DNA from: Podarcis tiliguerta
Lineage: Eukaryota
Length of the DNA: 64,000 bases
NCBI GenBank assembly: GCA_965153285.1
Contig: OZ229115.1
Strand: one strand, 5' to 3'
Shown: one piece after another, positions 11,883 to 24,301 of the stretch
Numbering within the stretch: the stretch's first letter is position 1
How the letters are laid out: the number at the start of each line of letters is the position of its first letter
Program-made: the position numbers and the translations under genes
Notes under the pieces: model-generated
What the model saw: only the letters and a program-made list of their open reading frames with translations
Databases searched by the model: none
What the model was told of the DNA's origin: nothing

Positions 11883-12752
11883 GCAAGTGATACTTGAGTG
11901 TCTGGCTCTGAAGCCCCCAAATGAATGGCTTACTCTAAAGCAAGCCGGCAGGACTTGTGATCCTCCAGGCCCAAATACATCTTTATTGTTCTGTCGATGA
12001 CTCATGTTAAAAAAAGAAGAAGTTCTGTGAAGGTGGAACACCTTCTGTGAAGGTGGACAGAAACAATAAAGCACATTACCTATTTAAAGGCATAACATTA
12101 TAAAGATTGATTTCAGACTCAGAGCATCATAACTTCCCTTCCCTTGCACAGTCCAGGTAATGTCAACTATTCTAACCCTAAACACTTAGCTTATCCAGAC
12201 TTGAAATGGGACTGAATGTTTTTATGTTAAGTGTCTTCATTATTTCCTGCGACATGGATTGCCAACTGGGAGGACATGGGCAGTTGTTGGCCGTCTTGCA
12301 TTTTTTCATGCAAGAGAGTATATTTTTGTACACACATATTTTCCCTGGTTCTGGGGAATGCTCTGTTTTTATTAGACAACAACAGCATCGTGTGTGTGTG
12401 TGTGTATACATAATCAATATTGTGCAATCTCCACCATTGAGATTAGCAGGGCATGGGTGACTTCCTATGGCAAGCAGGAGGTTCTTGGGGGAGCAGGAGG
12501 CAGAAATCAGTAATGTCTGGACGCGCTTCAGTTTTGTGTTCTGCCAGCCATTTTGTATTCTGCCACGTCCTAACAACCACCATTTTAGAACTAGCACCCA
12601 TAGCAGTCTAAATATTTGAAGTGTGCCTGTTGGTCCCAAAAAAGTTGGTGATTTCCATAGATTCTTGAGTAGAACAAAGTTTTTGCAATGAATATATTTT
12701 TTCAGGGACAAGAATTTTCATTGCTAAATGTTTCCTCTTTTGGGATGCTCAG

Positions 12753-12929
12753 ATCCAGGCTGTCCTTAATCCAGCTGAGAAGCGTGTGCAGGACATCACT
12801 GGTCAGCTGGATGGTTTCACTGGGAGACTTGCCCAGCTGCAGCTTAATGCAAAGCAGAACCTGTTGTTGGCTGCTGATGCTCAGCAAAAAGCAGGAGAAG
12901 CCAGTGAGCAAGCAAGGAGCACTCAGCAG
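12753..12929 (+). CDS. LAMB3: Laminin beta-3 coding exon
   Basis: Acceptor gctcag, donor CAG|GTATGG. Reads IQAVLNPAEKRVQDITGQLDGF...ASEQARSTQQ. 177 nt. Confidence 0.93.
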
Positions 12930-13574
12930 GTATGGGAAATGGGAGCTTCCAGACACTACAATGTTTCTTCCCCCCTTCATTTTAAAGCTGTCACATTGTG
13001 ATTCAAGGAAAACATATCACTGTGTTTCCTGTAGTTGTTTGCATGCTCTGGGGTGCAATATTAGTCAAGCAGCCCTGGCCAATATCTTTTGGGAGCTGCT
13101 TTGAATTCTGCTCCCAGTTTGGTGGTTATTCATGACGATGGCATGGTGCCTCACTATAATATAGTGTGTACATACCTTCTCTCTTTTGCTTGTCCAGCTT
13201 TCCATGCTTGGTTCAATTATAGTCCTAAACAACAGACCACTGAGGAACTGATGGAATTCATAGAATTGGGTTGTTTAAAGAGCATTTTACATATCACATG
13301 CAGTTGTCAGCCTCAGCTCATCTTTGTTCATAATCCTTTGATCTAATTATACAGGGGTATATTCAATGCACTTGTTCTATTAGTGCAAGGATTTGTGCTT
13401 GAGCAATGGAATTTCCCCCTTCCTCCTCTTTGCACCCTCTGCACCTTCCACAGATCTGCTCCAGAACATTGGGGGATATTGTAGTGGAGGTTGGGATATT
13501 GGAAATTCTATGGCATCCACATGATAGAGCCATCAGATGTGTGACTTTAGCCTGTTCCCTCAATTTCTTCACAG

Positions 13575-13728
13575 AGATTTGAACAGGTGAGACAAAAATA
13601 TGCAGAAATTAAGAGGAGGATGGGACAAGGATCAAACCTGGGAGAGCAAGGGGCTCGGATCCAAAATGCCCACAAGGAGGCCAGCGCATTGTTCACAGAA
13701 GCCTTGAGTATGATGGCCAAAATGGGAG
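13575..13728 (+). CDS. LAMB3: Laminin beta-3 penultimate coding exon
   Basis: Acceptor ttcacag, donor GAG|GTAAGG. Reads RFEQVRQKYAEIKRRMGQGSNLGEQGARIQ...MMAKMG. Confidence 0.95.
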
Positions 13729-15360
13729 GTAAGGAGAGCATGACTTATAGCTGACCTCACAGTAATTTTCTCTGCCTTGCCTGACCACACAGGATTACAG
13801 ATTTGTAAAGAACTAAAGGTTCTCTTTGGATTAATTTTATCTCTAGAATAAGTAGAATCCTACTAAAGTCAAAAGCAGTATTGAAGGTGTTTCATTTTGG
13901 GTACAAATCTGGAATGGGGAACCTTTGGCCCTTTGGATGTTGATGACATCCAACTTGCATTAGTCCTAGCTGGTGTGGCCAGTAATCGGGGTGATGGGAG
14001 TCTGCTGAAGACTATAAGGCCTTGTGAGCATGTTCTCCAAAATGGAGGCTGTGTGCATTTCTGGAGTAGCAAAATCTCTGCCAGTCCAGTTTCAGGGTTT
14101 TGTGGAAAGGTGAAATGAACGGCGACTGCAATAACCCCCGTGTATCTCCGCTCTTTCTTTTAATGCTATGTCCACTGAAGGGTGGGGTGGGGGTGTCATG
14201 TAAACACAGTGTCCTATAGAGCCACTCACAGGCTCGCATCTTAACAACTGGTTGCCAAGCCAAGTGCCAGATTTTTTCGATGCTTCATTTGAACACTTCA
14301 GTTTGAAGCTTTCAAACCTAATGACTTTGCTCGACACGCTTTGGGAAGCAGCCAGTGTGTAGACTAAATGCCTTGGCCCTGTAGCAGGTGGAGCATGAGT
14401 AACTGGCTGGCTCAGAGCCAGGGATGTTGCTGGAAAGGGGAGTCGGCGTTGCTTCCATTGATAAAGCTGTGCCTCTAATGAATGGCTTTCATTGAAGGTG
14501 CCTCTCTGTGCCAGAGACTTGGCAGCTGGCTGCTGCCAGGCAGTTACTCCTGCTCAGAGTTTGCTAAATGCAGCAAGGAGTGTTGATATTACTAAATAGA
14601 GCAGCAGGCAATTTCCTATGCAGAACACGAAGAGCATATTTTACCAGTGTCTGCTGACGTCAATGCCAAAACTTGTTTGCCCCTAATCGGAAGGAACTGA
14701 TTCAGGATGCTATGTGATAGAGCAGCAAATTTTTTAAAAAATTGTGGTTCAGATCCTGCCACTGTTTTAGGCAGGCTCAGTGGGGGGGGGGGTTAAGGGT
14801 AGGCAGAAAATGTGGTCTGCAAGGCTCAAGGGTGTAGACTCAAGCAAAAGTCAGCTGCTGAATTTGTCTACTAAAATAGACGTACTACTATCCAGAACTT
14901 GCAGGAATGCTTGCATCAAACTGTGGCAGCACTTAATTGATTTGTTGTGCTCAAGGTCCTTTTTCCATCCTTGGAACCTGTCTTCTGCTTTCTGCATGCA
15001 TATTCCTTTCCTCCTCTTGGGACTGAAGCTTATTATGTGCATTAGGAAGTTTAAAAGTAATGCTGAATTTGTGCACAAAGAGCTGTGCATGCTTGGTAAT
15101 GCAAGCAAGGGGGAGGGTAGGAGGCAAGGAATCAGCCAGTGATCTCCAGAGATAAAGTGTGACCTTGAGAGATTAACACACACTCTGCAACAGGGGGCAT
15201 ATTATATAACAGCTTAGTTTCACTCTGATCAGATGAATGAGAAACCCATGGCTGCTGCTGAGCAACAGCCTACACACACATATATAATGTTAAAGAACTG
15301 GAGATGAAACAAAAACCTTTCTTTTCTGTGCATGTACCTGATTTCTTTTTCAACCCACAG

Positions 15361-15500
15361 CTATAGAAACAGAGCTTCAAGATAGCAACAGTGCATTTCT
15401 CCTTGAATCAGCCAAGCTGGCAGGCCTGGAAAGAAAGGTGGAAGCCATTCGCGATCATATCAGTCGTCGAGTTGAATATTACGCCACATGCACGGACTAG
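15361..15500 (+). CDS. LAMB3: Laminin beta-3 last coding exon
   Basis: Acceptor cccacag. Reads IETELQ...LAGLERKVEAIRDHISRRVEYYATCTD, stop TAG at 15498-15500. YYATC is the laminin beta C-terminal signature. Confidence 0.96.
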
Positions 15501-15546
15501 CAAAGCCCTTCCTGTCTCCTTTCAGATGCCTTTCCCCCTCTTTACA

Positions 15547-15552
15547 AATAAA
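15547..15552 (+). terminator. Candidate LAMB3 polyadenylation signal
   Basis: First AATAAA after the stop codon. An ATTAAA at 15675-15680, followed by GT/T-rich sequence, is an alternative. Confidence 0.45.
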
Positions 15553-16019
15553 ACAACTTTATCAGGAGGAGAAGCTAGCTGTGAACCAAAAGAGCCCTAG
15601 CTTTTAAAGAAGTCAGTGGGTTAATTTATTTGCCTTTCAAGGTCTTTTTTTATACTTTAGAATTACTGTTTTGAATTAAAACTTGCAGATGGTTCCTTTT
15701 TATGTAGAGTGTGTGCTTATTTTGCAACTTTTTCACTACAGAAACAAGGGGGACTGAAGATGGGTTTGGATTAGGGAAGAAACACAGTCATGAATAGTGA
15801 TTGTGAGCAGCAATAATAATGACACTGCTGTATCTTGGACTTTATATTACAAGGACATCTTGTCTTATTAGCCACCACCTGCTTTATTGACAGCATAACA
15901 CTCTGCAGACGGCAGGAAGAAAATCTGCCCTTGGAGTTCAGGTGAGCGCCCTCCAGAATGAGTTAACAGACCGCTTCCTTTGCCATCAATAACCAACAAG
16001 CACTTAAAAACCAGTCAGC

Positions 16020-16025
16020 TTTATT
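16020..16025 (-). terminator. Candidate CAMK1G polyadenylation signal
   Basis: Minus strand reads ataTGTAccatgcttAATAAAgctgactggtttttaagtgcttgttggtt: upstream UGUA, the hexamer, then a GU/U-rich downstream element. A second AATAAA lies at 15883-15888. Confidence 0.55.
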
Positions 16026-16508
16026 AAGCATGGTACATATTGTAGAATCACTGTCTTGGAAGCAGAACTTGGCTTCATCAAGAGAATAGGAATGCTATGT
16101 ATGTCCCCTCTGCATCCATTGGAAGATGTACAAGGAATATGGAAGTTTTTGCCCACCTACAGCTGGAGGACATCTCGTTGGCTACCACAGCTGTAATGAA
16201 AGCTACACAAGCAAGCCAGCATAGAATGCATTCAGACTTGATCACCTTTTCCACATGGGCTCAGCACAAAAGAAGAACTCCTGGCAAGTGTTCTGTTATT
16301 CCACTGGACAGCTACAGGCTATAGATACAAAGCAAACATGCTCCCTACTTCCCGCCCCAGCAAAAAAGATAGCTGTTTGCAAGGATGTAGATAAGTACAC
16401 TGAAATGGCTAGCAAAAACCTGCCTTCCTTTCATATAAATGTTTTCTTGTTGGTATTAATGACCCCTCTAACATTTCAAGTCAATTGCATCGCAGAAATC
16501 CTCAGGCC

Positions 16509-16634
16509 CAGTGCTTTCTCCCCCACTAGAAAAATAGGTGCCAGTACTCACCATGAAGTTGTTACAGTAGGTGCCATATTTTTTAACAACAAATAAGAGG
16601 TGCCAGTACTAGAGTACCCCCTGAAAAAACACTG
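16509..16634. mobile_element. hAT-type MITE
   Basis: Ends cagtgcttt...aaaacactg, 8-bp TSD ctcaggcc / ctcaggtc. Confidence 0.75.
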
Positions 16635-18238
16635 CTCAGGTCTATGAATGTGTAGCACTTAAATGAACGGCCACAGGCAACTGAGAACTCACTTCGGCCT
16701 GGCAGAGCTCAGACCAGGCTCCTCTTCTCTCTTCTTGCACAATTGATGTTTGATTTTGTGGCTTTGAAGAGATGAATCCAACAGCCCTTCTGAAAGAGAT
16801 GAAGTTCATTATTCATGTGTAACATAGTTCCCCAAAATTCAGAAGTGCTACAGTTGTGTATCTTGCGGTTGGTGTTTTTAAAAGCTCTGCCCACTGGAAA
16901 AGGGTGCTGAAATGGAGGATAGTGGTTCAGGAAAAGCTACACAGTAATACCAGTGATAAAACAGTGTTGTCCCCAAGAACCAAAACCGCTGCTGGATCTC
17001 AAACTGCTTTTCCACTTGGCAGAGATTATATACTTATTAAACATTAGGGATCTCTCAGAAGGTGGCACACTGGCCATAATCCAATATAGAGTTAAGCATG
17101 CTTTAAGGTGTGGGGATCTTTTTGATCCCAAAGGGCACATTTCCTCATGGGGAACCTCTGGGAGCTTCATGCAAGCAGTGCATGGGGCAGGTACCTTCAT
17201 TCATTAGAAGTCAGAAGTTTCTCTACACCCATCTCTCTAACCACCATCCAGGCAACCCGCAGGTATCATCACACTTCAAGGACACATTCCAGTCAGGAAA
17301 AAGCACTCAGGAGGCATTGACCACCATGAGTCAATGGTGAATTAGAAAGGCCTAGAAGGCCATACTCAGGCCCTGGGTCTGAGGTTCCCTGCTTAAAGCT
17401 TTTTGACACCAATGGGTTTACACACACCTAGCTATGAGTTGGACAGACTCTCATAGGGCAGCTTGACTTAAAGACTTATCCCCAATTCCACTCTGATAAA
17501 TATTTTCATTCAAGGGACATATATGGTGTTACGGCGACTGGCTGACTATTCATATCCTAGAAATCTCTAACCATAGGGTCTCTTGGTACCTGACAATTTC
17601 TTATGAGACACATCAGCATAGTGGAAGTTTACACCCTCCAGCTAAGGAGAATGAGAAGCAACTGTGTGTGTGTGCACATGCTAGCAATTTGGAGCTGGTA
17701 GAGAGCAAGGGAGCAGAACCTTTTTTCTGGGGATCTGATGTGGGATAGTGGACCTGATGGCTTGCCGAGGAGGTGCATGCTGTTTCCTTTCATTTACTCC
17801 CTACTTGTATATTTGTAAACCAAATAAATACTACAACAAGCACCCTAGGGCTCCAGTGGACTATAATGCAAATTAAACCAAAGAGTTTATAGTATGTGCC
17901 CAAAGAACTTTCTAGTGCATTTTCTAGTGCAGTGCACTCTCCTGCCCTCCAAAGGCTGTCCAATGTAATCAAATTAGGCATGAAAGAATAGAGTGGGCCA
18001 CAACTGGGGGGGGGCACCTGCATTCCCCTCTCCAGTGCTTTGGTATACATGCTCATTTAAGCCAACTTTTCTAGCTAAACAAAGACACTTTTCACCTAAG
18101 CATTAAGCAAGGACAGGAGAGAATGGAACTGGAACTGGATCATCAAGGTTTCATCATCAAGGGCCCTGCAATATGTCTGGATCTAGACACACTTACCTGG
18201 TAAATGTATGAGAAAGACTCAAATGGCTGATTTTCCAA

Positions 18239-18329
18239 TCACATCACCAAACAAACTCCAGTTTGCCCAGTGCCAAAATAGGAGTGGTTACTGGCTTTCA
18301 CTGGAACAAGGACTTCTGAGTTGAAATGA
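18239..18329 (-). CDS. CAMK1G: CaMKI-gamma last coding exon with CaaX box (exon continues as 3' UTR to 18197)
   Basis: Acceptor aatctcag. Reads HFNSEVLVPVKASNHSYFGTGQTGVCLVM, stop TGA. Matches recalled human NFKSEVMVPVKAS...GQTGVCLIM. Confidence 0.95.
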
Positions 18330-20571
18330 CTGAGATTTGGAAGAGAACATTGAAAACAAAACAGGAGTGAATTATATGTGAGGAAGACAGCGGCAGCATT
18401 GCTTAAAAATACTTACATATGAATCAGCTCATCTATAGGTCAGCAGCTTTATGGATCAAGGATCTATTCACCAATAGTGTGCAAGAAATAAACTACCGCT
18501 TTCCCCCCTGCATGATTTTGAAACTCACATCAACATAAAATCCTTACAGCAAATTAAATGGTTAAGAATCAAGCTGACAGTCAGTTGGGGAAATAGTCTA
18601 CTGCTTAACTTGCAACAATTTGGGAATCCTATCAGACACATTTCATACAAAACTGAGGCCCCGTAGACTGTAATAGCACACTGACATCCAAATTACAGAT
18701 GTATCCAGCCTGTACAAGGGAGTTTTGATGAGTGCTGCAGTTCAGATGAAGTCACACACCCATATGCTTCACTGCATACACATAAGTCACAGGTGCAGAA
18801 GCCTACCTCTGCTAATTAACTTCCCTTGCTAGATTTGGATATTTTTGGATTGTATCCAATGTTAATCATACTTGGAGTAGACCTACTGAAATTAATAGAC
18901 AAGGCTAATTTAGGTCAACTCATTTCAGTGGGTCTACTTCAAGGAAAAGTTAGTTGGATAAAAACCTTTGCCTTAACATTTCAAAAGTAAGTGCATTAAA
19001 AAAAGCCTATTTTGAAAAATGAAGTACTTATAAGGCTGGGTTTGCATGCAAGACCATAAAAGTACATTTGAACATCTCATGCACTGCTTGTTCTGTGTGG
19101 GAGTGTTGTTAATCTGGGATAAAATATGGATAAATTTAATGTGAACATTCCTGTCATTATAGGCTTTATATCCACCTTATAGAGTAACCTGAGAACAAAC
19201 TAATTTAAGCTTCTTAAAGCTGTCATACTTTTAGGAGTTACTGTGAATCTGATGGGTTTTCATGATTTGATGACACCAAATCGCAGCACTCTACTTTTTA
19301 AAGCCATCAGTGCATTCAGGTTTTGTCAACGAATAGCAAAGGGAATCATTTCCAGCATGGTTTCCTAACAAAAGCGAATATTTTTGTGGGGTTCTGTGTG
19401 TGAAAGCAAATTACTTCAAGCCTGATATTACACCCTCAGGAAATTTTCAAGGCAAGGGAAATTGCCTTTTCATATTTTCCTTTGAATCAGAATCTGTGAG
19501 TTTGCAATAAATCTCAAGATAAGCCAAAGAAGATAAAGCAAAAATGGTTAGAGGTACAATTGTTGCTCTGTGGGAGCACATGCCAGCATCTCAATTGGGA
19601 CCTGGTAGCAAAAATGCAAATGGACAAAGCAAGTCTCTCCCCTACTGTATCCAGCTGTCCTGAACTGGTTTGGCAATCACAACCCATCTACAGCATAATG
19701 GAAAGGTTCACACAATGTATCAGGGAAGGCCCAAATGGTTGAGCACATTTAGCACAGAGGTATAATGCATACTGAATGCACACTGGATGTTCAAAACCTG
19801 ACCCCACCCCCTTAAAACCCTACTGGGCAGAATTACCCACAATGTACAGGCTTTGGACTTTATTAAAGTTCTCAAAAAGTCTCTCCAAGGTTCACATGGA
19901 TTAGGCAAATGTTGCCACCAGCAAAGCTGGCCATTAGATAGAATAGGGGGGAAACTGCTGCAATGGTCTTTCTATGACGCTTCTTTTTGTACAGTTGGCT
20001 TTAATATAGTGTTCATTTTTATATTTGCATTGTGCGTTGCATTGGGTGGCCTTGTAGTGCAAGAGCTAAGCCTTTGAAAAATGAATAAAAGAAGCATCTC
20101 TCTCAAACAGCTTGCCCACAGTAGATATAAGAATGGAGGAAAGCTCTACATTCCCATACCCCCCCTTTTTTTCAGCTTAACATTTCCCCTCCCACTGGAA
20201 ACAATGGAGGGCAGGAAGTGGAGGGAGAGATGTAGTCACATTCAGGAGCATAACTAAATTATTCCCCAGACAGAAGATGCATCAGAGAACTAAAGCAGTT
20301 CAGGAGCCTTTGGGTCCAAGCCCCTTCCTGGCATGTCCTTTGTGGCCATGCTGAGATTGGAGCTCTGGTGTTTGGAGGAGCCAGTAGTGAAAAGGGGAGG
20401 ATCTACCATGAGATCTCCTTCTCCTGTGTCTGAGGTCTCCAACACTGAGTAAGTTAGACCTGATCTATTCCATGACCCCTGACATGCCCTCCCAGGAAGC
20501 ATAAGATTGTGCCCTCACTGACAATTAGGGCCTCCTGTTCAACAATTCCATGTGGTGGAATGGACACTTAC

Positions 20572-20996
20572 TGGGGTTTGGCACCTCTTTTGAGGAGCAC
20601 CGACTCTGAGCAAAAAGCCGTCTTCACTTTCTCATGTGTTCCACATGCTGTGTTGCAGCTAAATGAAGGTCCGTTTGGAGAGCTCTGGTGGTCTTCTGTG
20701 GCTGTGCTGGAAGTGACAGGGAGGGGTGTGGTAGGCGGGTGATCCACACACTTGCTGTCTGCCATCTTGCTTTGCTGATTAGAAAGCTCCAAAGTGTTCT
20801 GGCATGATAGCACAGGCACCAGCATCTTGGCCTCTCGATTTGGTTCTTCGTGGCTGGCGACTGATGGAGTATTGGGTCTTGATGCATTTTGCACTTCTAT
20901 GAGCGGGAGAGTGCTTTTGGTTTTGGTATCTGGGTGGTGGCAGTTCATATGGAGCTTCTTCATGTGGTGTACGACAGCTGCAGCATTGAAGGCTTG
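20572..20996 (-). CDS. CAMK1G: CaMKI-gamma exon: CaM-binding segment and variable C-terminal tail
   Basis: Acceptor ttgctag, donor CCA|GTAAGT. Reads QAFNAAAVVHHMKKLHMN...KTAFCSESVLLKRGAKP. 425 nt. Confidence 0.95.
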
Positions 20997-21705
20997 CTAG
21001 CAAAGAAGAAGATAGCAAGTTTTGTACGAGTGCCTACCGGACTACTGAACATTAAGTCTGTTCAGATGCTACTCTGCTCTTGGAATTCTTTCTGGAGTGA
21101 CATTGGAAGCAGACATCAGGTTCCTGCTCTCCCCGCCCCATTCCCTCAAGTACAGGCAGAAGTAACAAGGAAACCAGGAGATCCCATGTTTATTTAAATA
21201 CGACACCTTTGCCAACCCAGTGCCCTCCAGATGTCTGGGTTACAATTGCCATCAGCTCCAGCCAACAGAGTGTGGATATGGGGTCTGCCTCTCATGTTTA
21301 TTGTAAAAGTGCTCAAAGGTTTGTAGTGACTAAATGTTTTATCAACTGTGTTAAATAGAATAAATAAATAAAAGGTAAAGGTTACAAACCACTTTGCATA
21401 AGGGCAATGCAGTCCTATGCAGACATGCTCAGAAGTGAAAAGTGCATTTTGGATACCAATCTAAAATTGGTATATAGAGCAGCTGCCATAAAGGCCTAAC
21501 ACAGGGGAAAGTTAAACTCCTAAAATGAATGTCAGTCCTTTATTTCTCTGGTATGACAATTCTGCCATTAAGGGGGGACATTGTACAACATGGCAGGGCC
21601 AAATCCATATTAAGTCTTCTGGTATTCCAATACTAATGCTTAGGGGAGTTCCAGGAAGAGTGTCTTAGCTGGGAAATCTTTCTTTGGGGTATTTATTCAT
21701 TGCTA

Positions 21706-21966
<261 letters not shown>

Positions 21967-23239
21967 TTAAACCCAAAAGGGAAAAGGCAATGGAGCACAA
22001 TATAATCAAATTCTTCAATGTTTGAGCATGGTCAGAGGAGGATGTCCCCTCCCCCTCCCTGGCTGTCCTCACAGTGAACATCCATGCCAAATGGTAGATC
22101 TAATTCAAGGTGACCCACCTGTTCATACCAAATGGGCCACAATAGTACTTTGTCATGGAACCCATGGGCCTTGTTGCACCAGGGGGTGGGGGTGGGGAGT
22201 GAGGCCAAAATTTGACATGCCCTCACCCCAGCCCTTGAACTGCCTTCCTGAAGCTGGCTAAGTGAGGTGCTGGGCTTTGGGAAGGAGGCGCGAAGCTCAG
22301 GCAGGGTCCATGAGTCCTTCTACCTTTTCCCCAAAGCTGGAAAACCACTAACTAGGCTTTGGGAAGAAGGACTCTATGACCCTGTCAGAGCCCTCACACC
22401 TTCTTCCCAAAGCCCAGGACCCCCCTTACCAGCCTTTGGGAAGGCAGCATGAGGGCTGGGCTGGGGGCATCAAATGTTGCTGAGGGCCACCCAAAAAAGG
22501 CCCTGAGGGCCACAAGTGACTCTTGAGTCACGCCCTGGACTACCCTGATCTAACTTATAGGAACTAGAGCAGAGAATGACTGGGGCTGCTTCAATGAAAC
22601 TGTACAATCTGTGGATCTTCTGAACTATAGAATCATAAAATCATATAATTCTTTTTCAGTTTTTGACAAACAAACATTGAACAATATTTTTGGAAGTTGC
22701 AAGCGGTTACTCGGGGAGGTGCAACCAACATACCTTATTTTGTGTGAACATGCCCCTCTCAAAGGACTTGGTTTGAGCAGGAAGCCACTCAAATGATCAT
22801 TATATTCCCTTGAATTATTGTTTCATTTGTTTTTTCATGCTTTTATATTCCTGTTTTATTGGTTTTAGGTTGCATTCTTGTGTAAATTATATTGGCCATT
22901 TTAAACGTTGTATACTGTTTAGAGGTTTTTGAAATATTAAGCTGTTTGTAAATGTTTTTAAACAAACAAAACTGCTCTTTATATTGTTTGGTACACAGGG
23001 CTGATGGAGTAATTCTTAGCTTTTTGAAGGGTCTACTTGCTTTAATGGTCATCCTGGGGAGAACTTAGAACACACCACAAGCCTGTCTGCCCCTGTGAGA
23101 CTCAGCTCAATTGCTCCCTTGCTTGAAAAGGCTCACCATAACCTCAACAATCTAAACTAGAAGCTAACACCAGTTTTATACTATTTTAATTGCCAGAAAC
23201 CTCAGAACTGAAGTTTAGTAAGGCGGTAAGAATCCTCTC

Positions 23240-23592
23240 TGGACATGGGTGGTGCTGTGGGTTAAACCACAGAGCCTAGGACTTGCTGATCAGAAGGTCG
23301 GCGGTTCGAATCCCAGCGACGGGGTGAGCTCCTGTTGCTCGGTCCCTGCTCCTGCTAACCTAGCAGTTCGGAAGCACGTCAAAGTGCAAGTAGATAAATA
23401 GGAACCGCTCCGGCGGGAAAGTAAACGGCGTTTCCGTGTGCTGCTCTAGTTGGCCAAAAGTGGTTTTGTCAAGCTGGCCACATGACCTGGAAGCTGTCTA
23501 CGGACAAATGCCAGCTCCCTCGGCCAATAAAGCGAGATGAGTGCCGCAACCCCAGAGTCGGCCACAACTGGACCTAATGGTCAGTGGTCCTT
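23240..23592 (+). mobile_element. Sauria SINE
   Basis: Typical head and body. 13-bp TSD taagaatcctctc at 23227-23239 and 23593-23605. Confidence 0.92.
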
Positions 23593-23824
23593 TAAGAATC
23601 CTCTCCAGTTCTCACTTTATAGCACATGCTGTACTACAATTCCCAAGGTACAGCTTGTACATTCTTAACAAAGAAAAACAATTCCCTATTCATATTTTCC
23701 TGCCTGCAGGTTCCGGCAAACTGAGATCTCATAGAAGGTAATTTTGTCTTATGAGCCATGACCACTACGATTCCTCTACAATATGGAGTTGCATGCTTTT
23801 ATTCTACTAGCAGCACTGATCTTA

Positions 23825-23983
<159 letters not shown>

Positions 23984-24125
23984 TCAGGGTTCACCTCATG
24001 CTTCATGGTTAACTTGGTTTGTAACCAAATACATGACCTGTGTTGGATGGAATGCTAATTTAGTTGACAAATTCCTTACACGTGTAAAATATTTTCTGTG
24101 AATGTCTATGAAGCTCCCTTATATC

Positions 24126-24301
24126 CAGTGCTTTTTTCCTTAAAAAAAATGTTTAGAGGTACTCTCATTTTCACTCAATAAAATCACCATTTTATAGTTC
24201 AAATCAGGAAAAATAAATACAGTAAATGGACAAAAGTAGAAAGATTCACAGAATGTTTAGGGGTATGCGTCCCCTTGAGTTCCCCCAGAAAAATAGCGCT
24301 G
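24126..24301. mobile_element. hAT-type MITE
   Basis: TIRs cagtgctttttt / aaaatagcgctg, perfect 8-bp TSD cttatatc. Confidence 0.85.

Noticed and set aside
20290-20445. Alternative last coding exon of CAMK1G
   Set aside because: Weak acceptor and no similarity to the known tail. The true CaaX exon is at 18239-18329.
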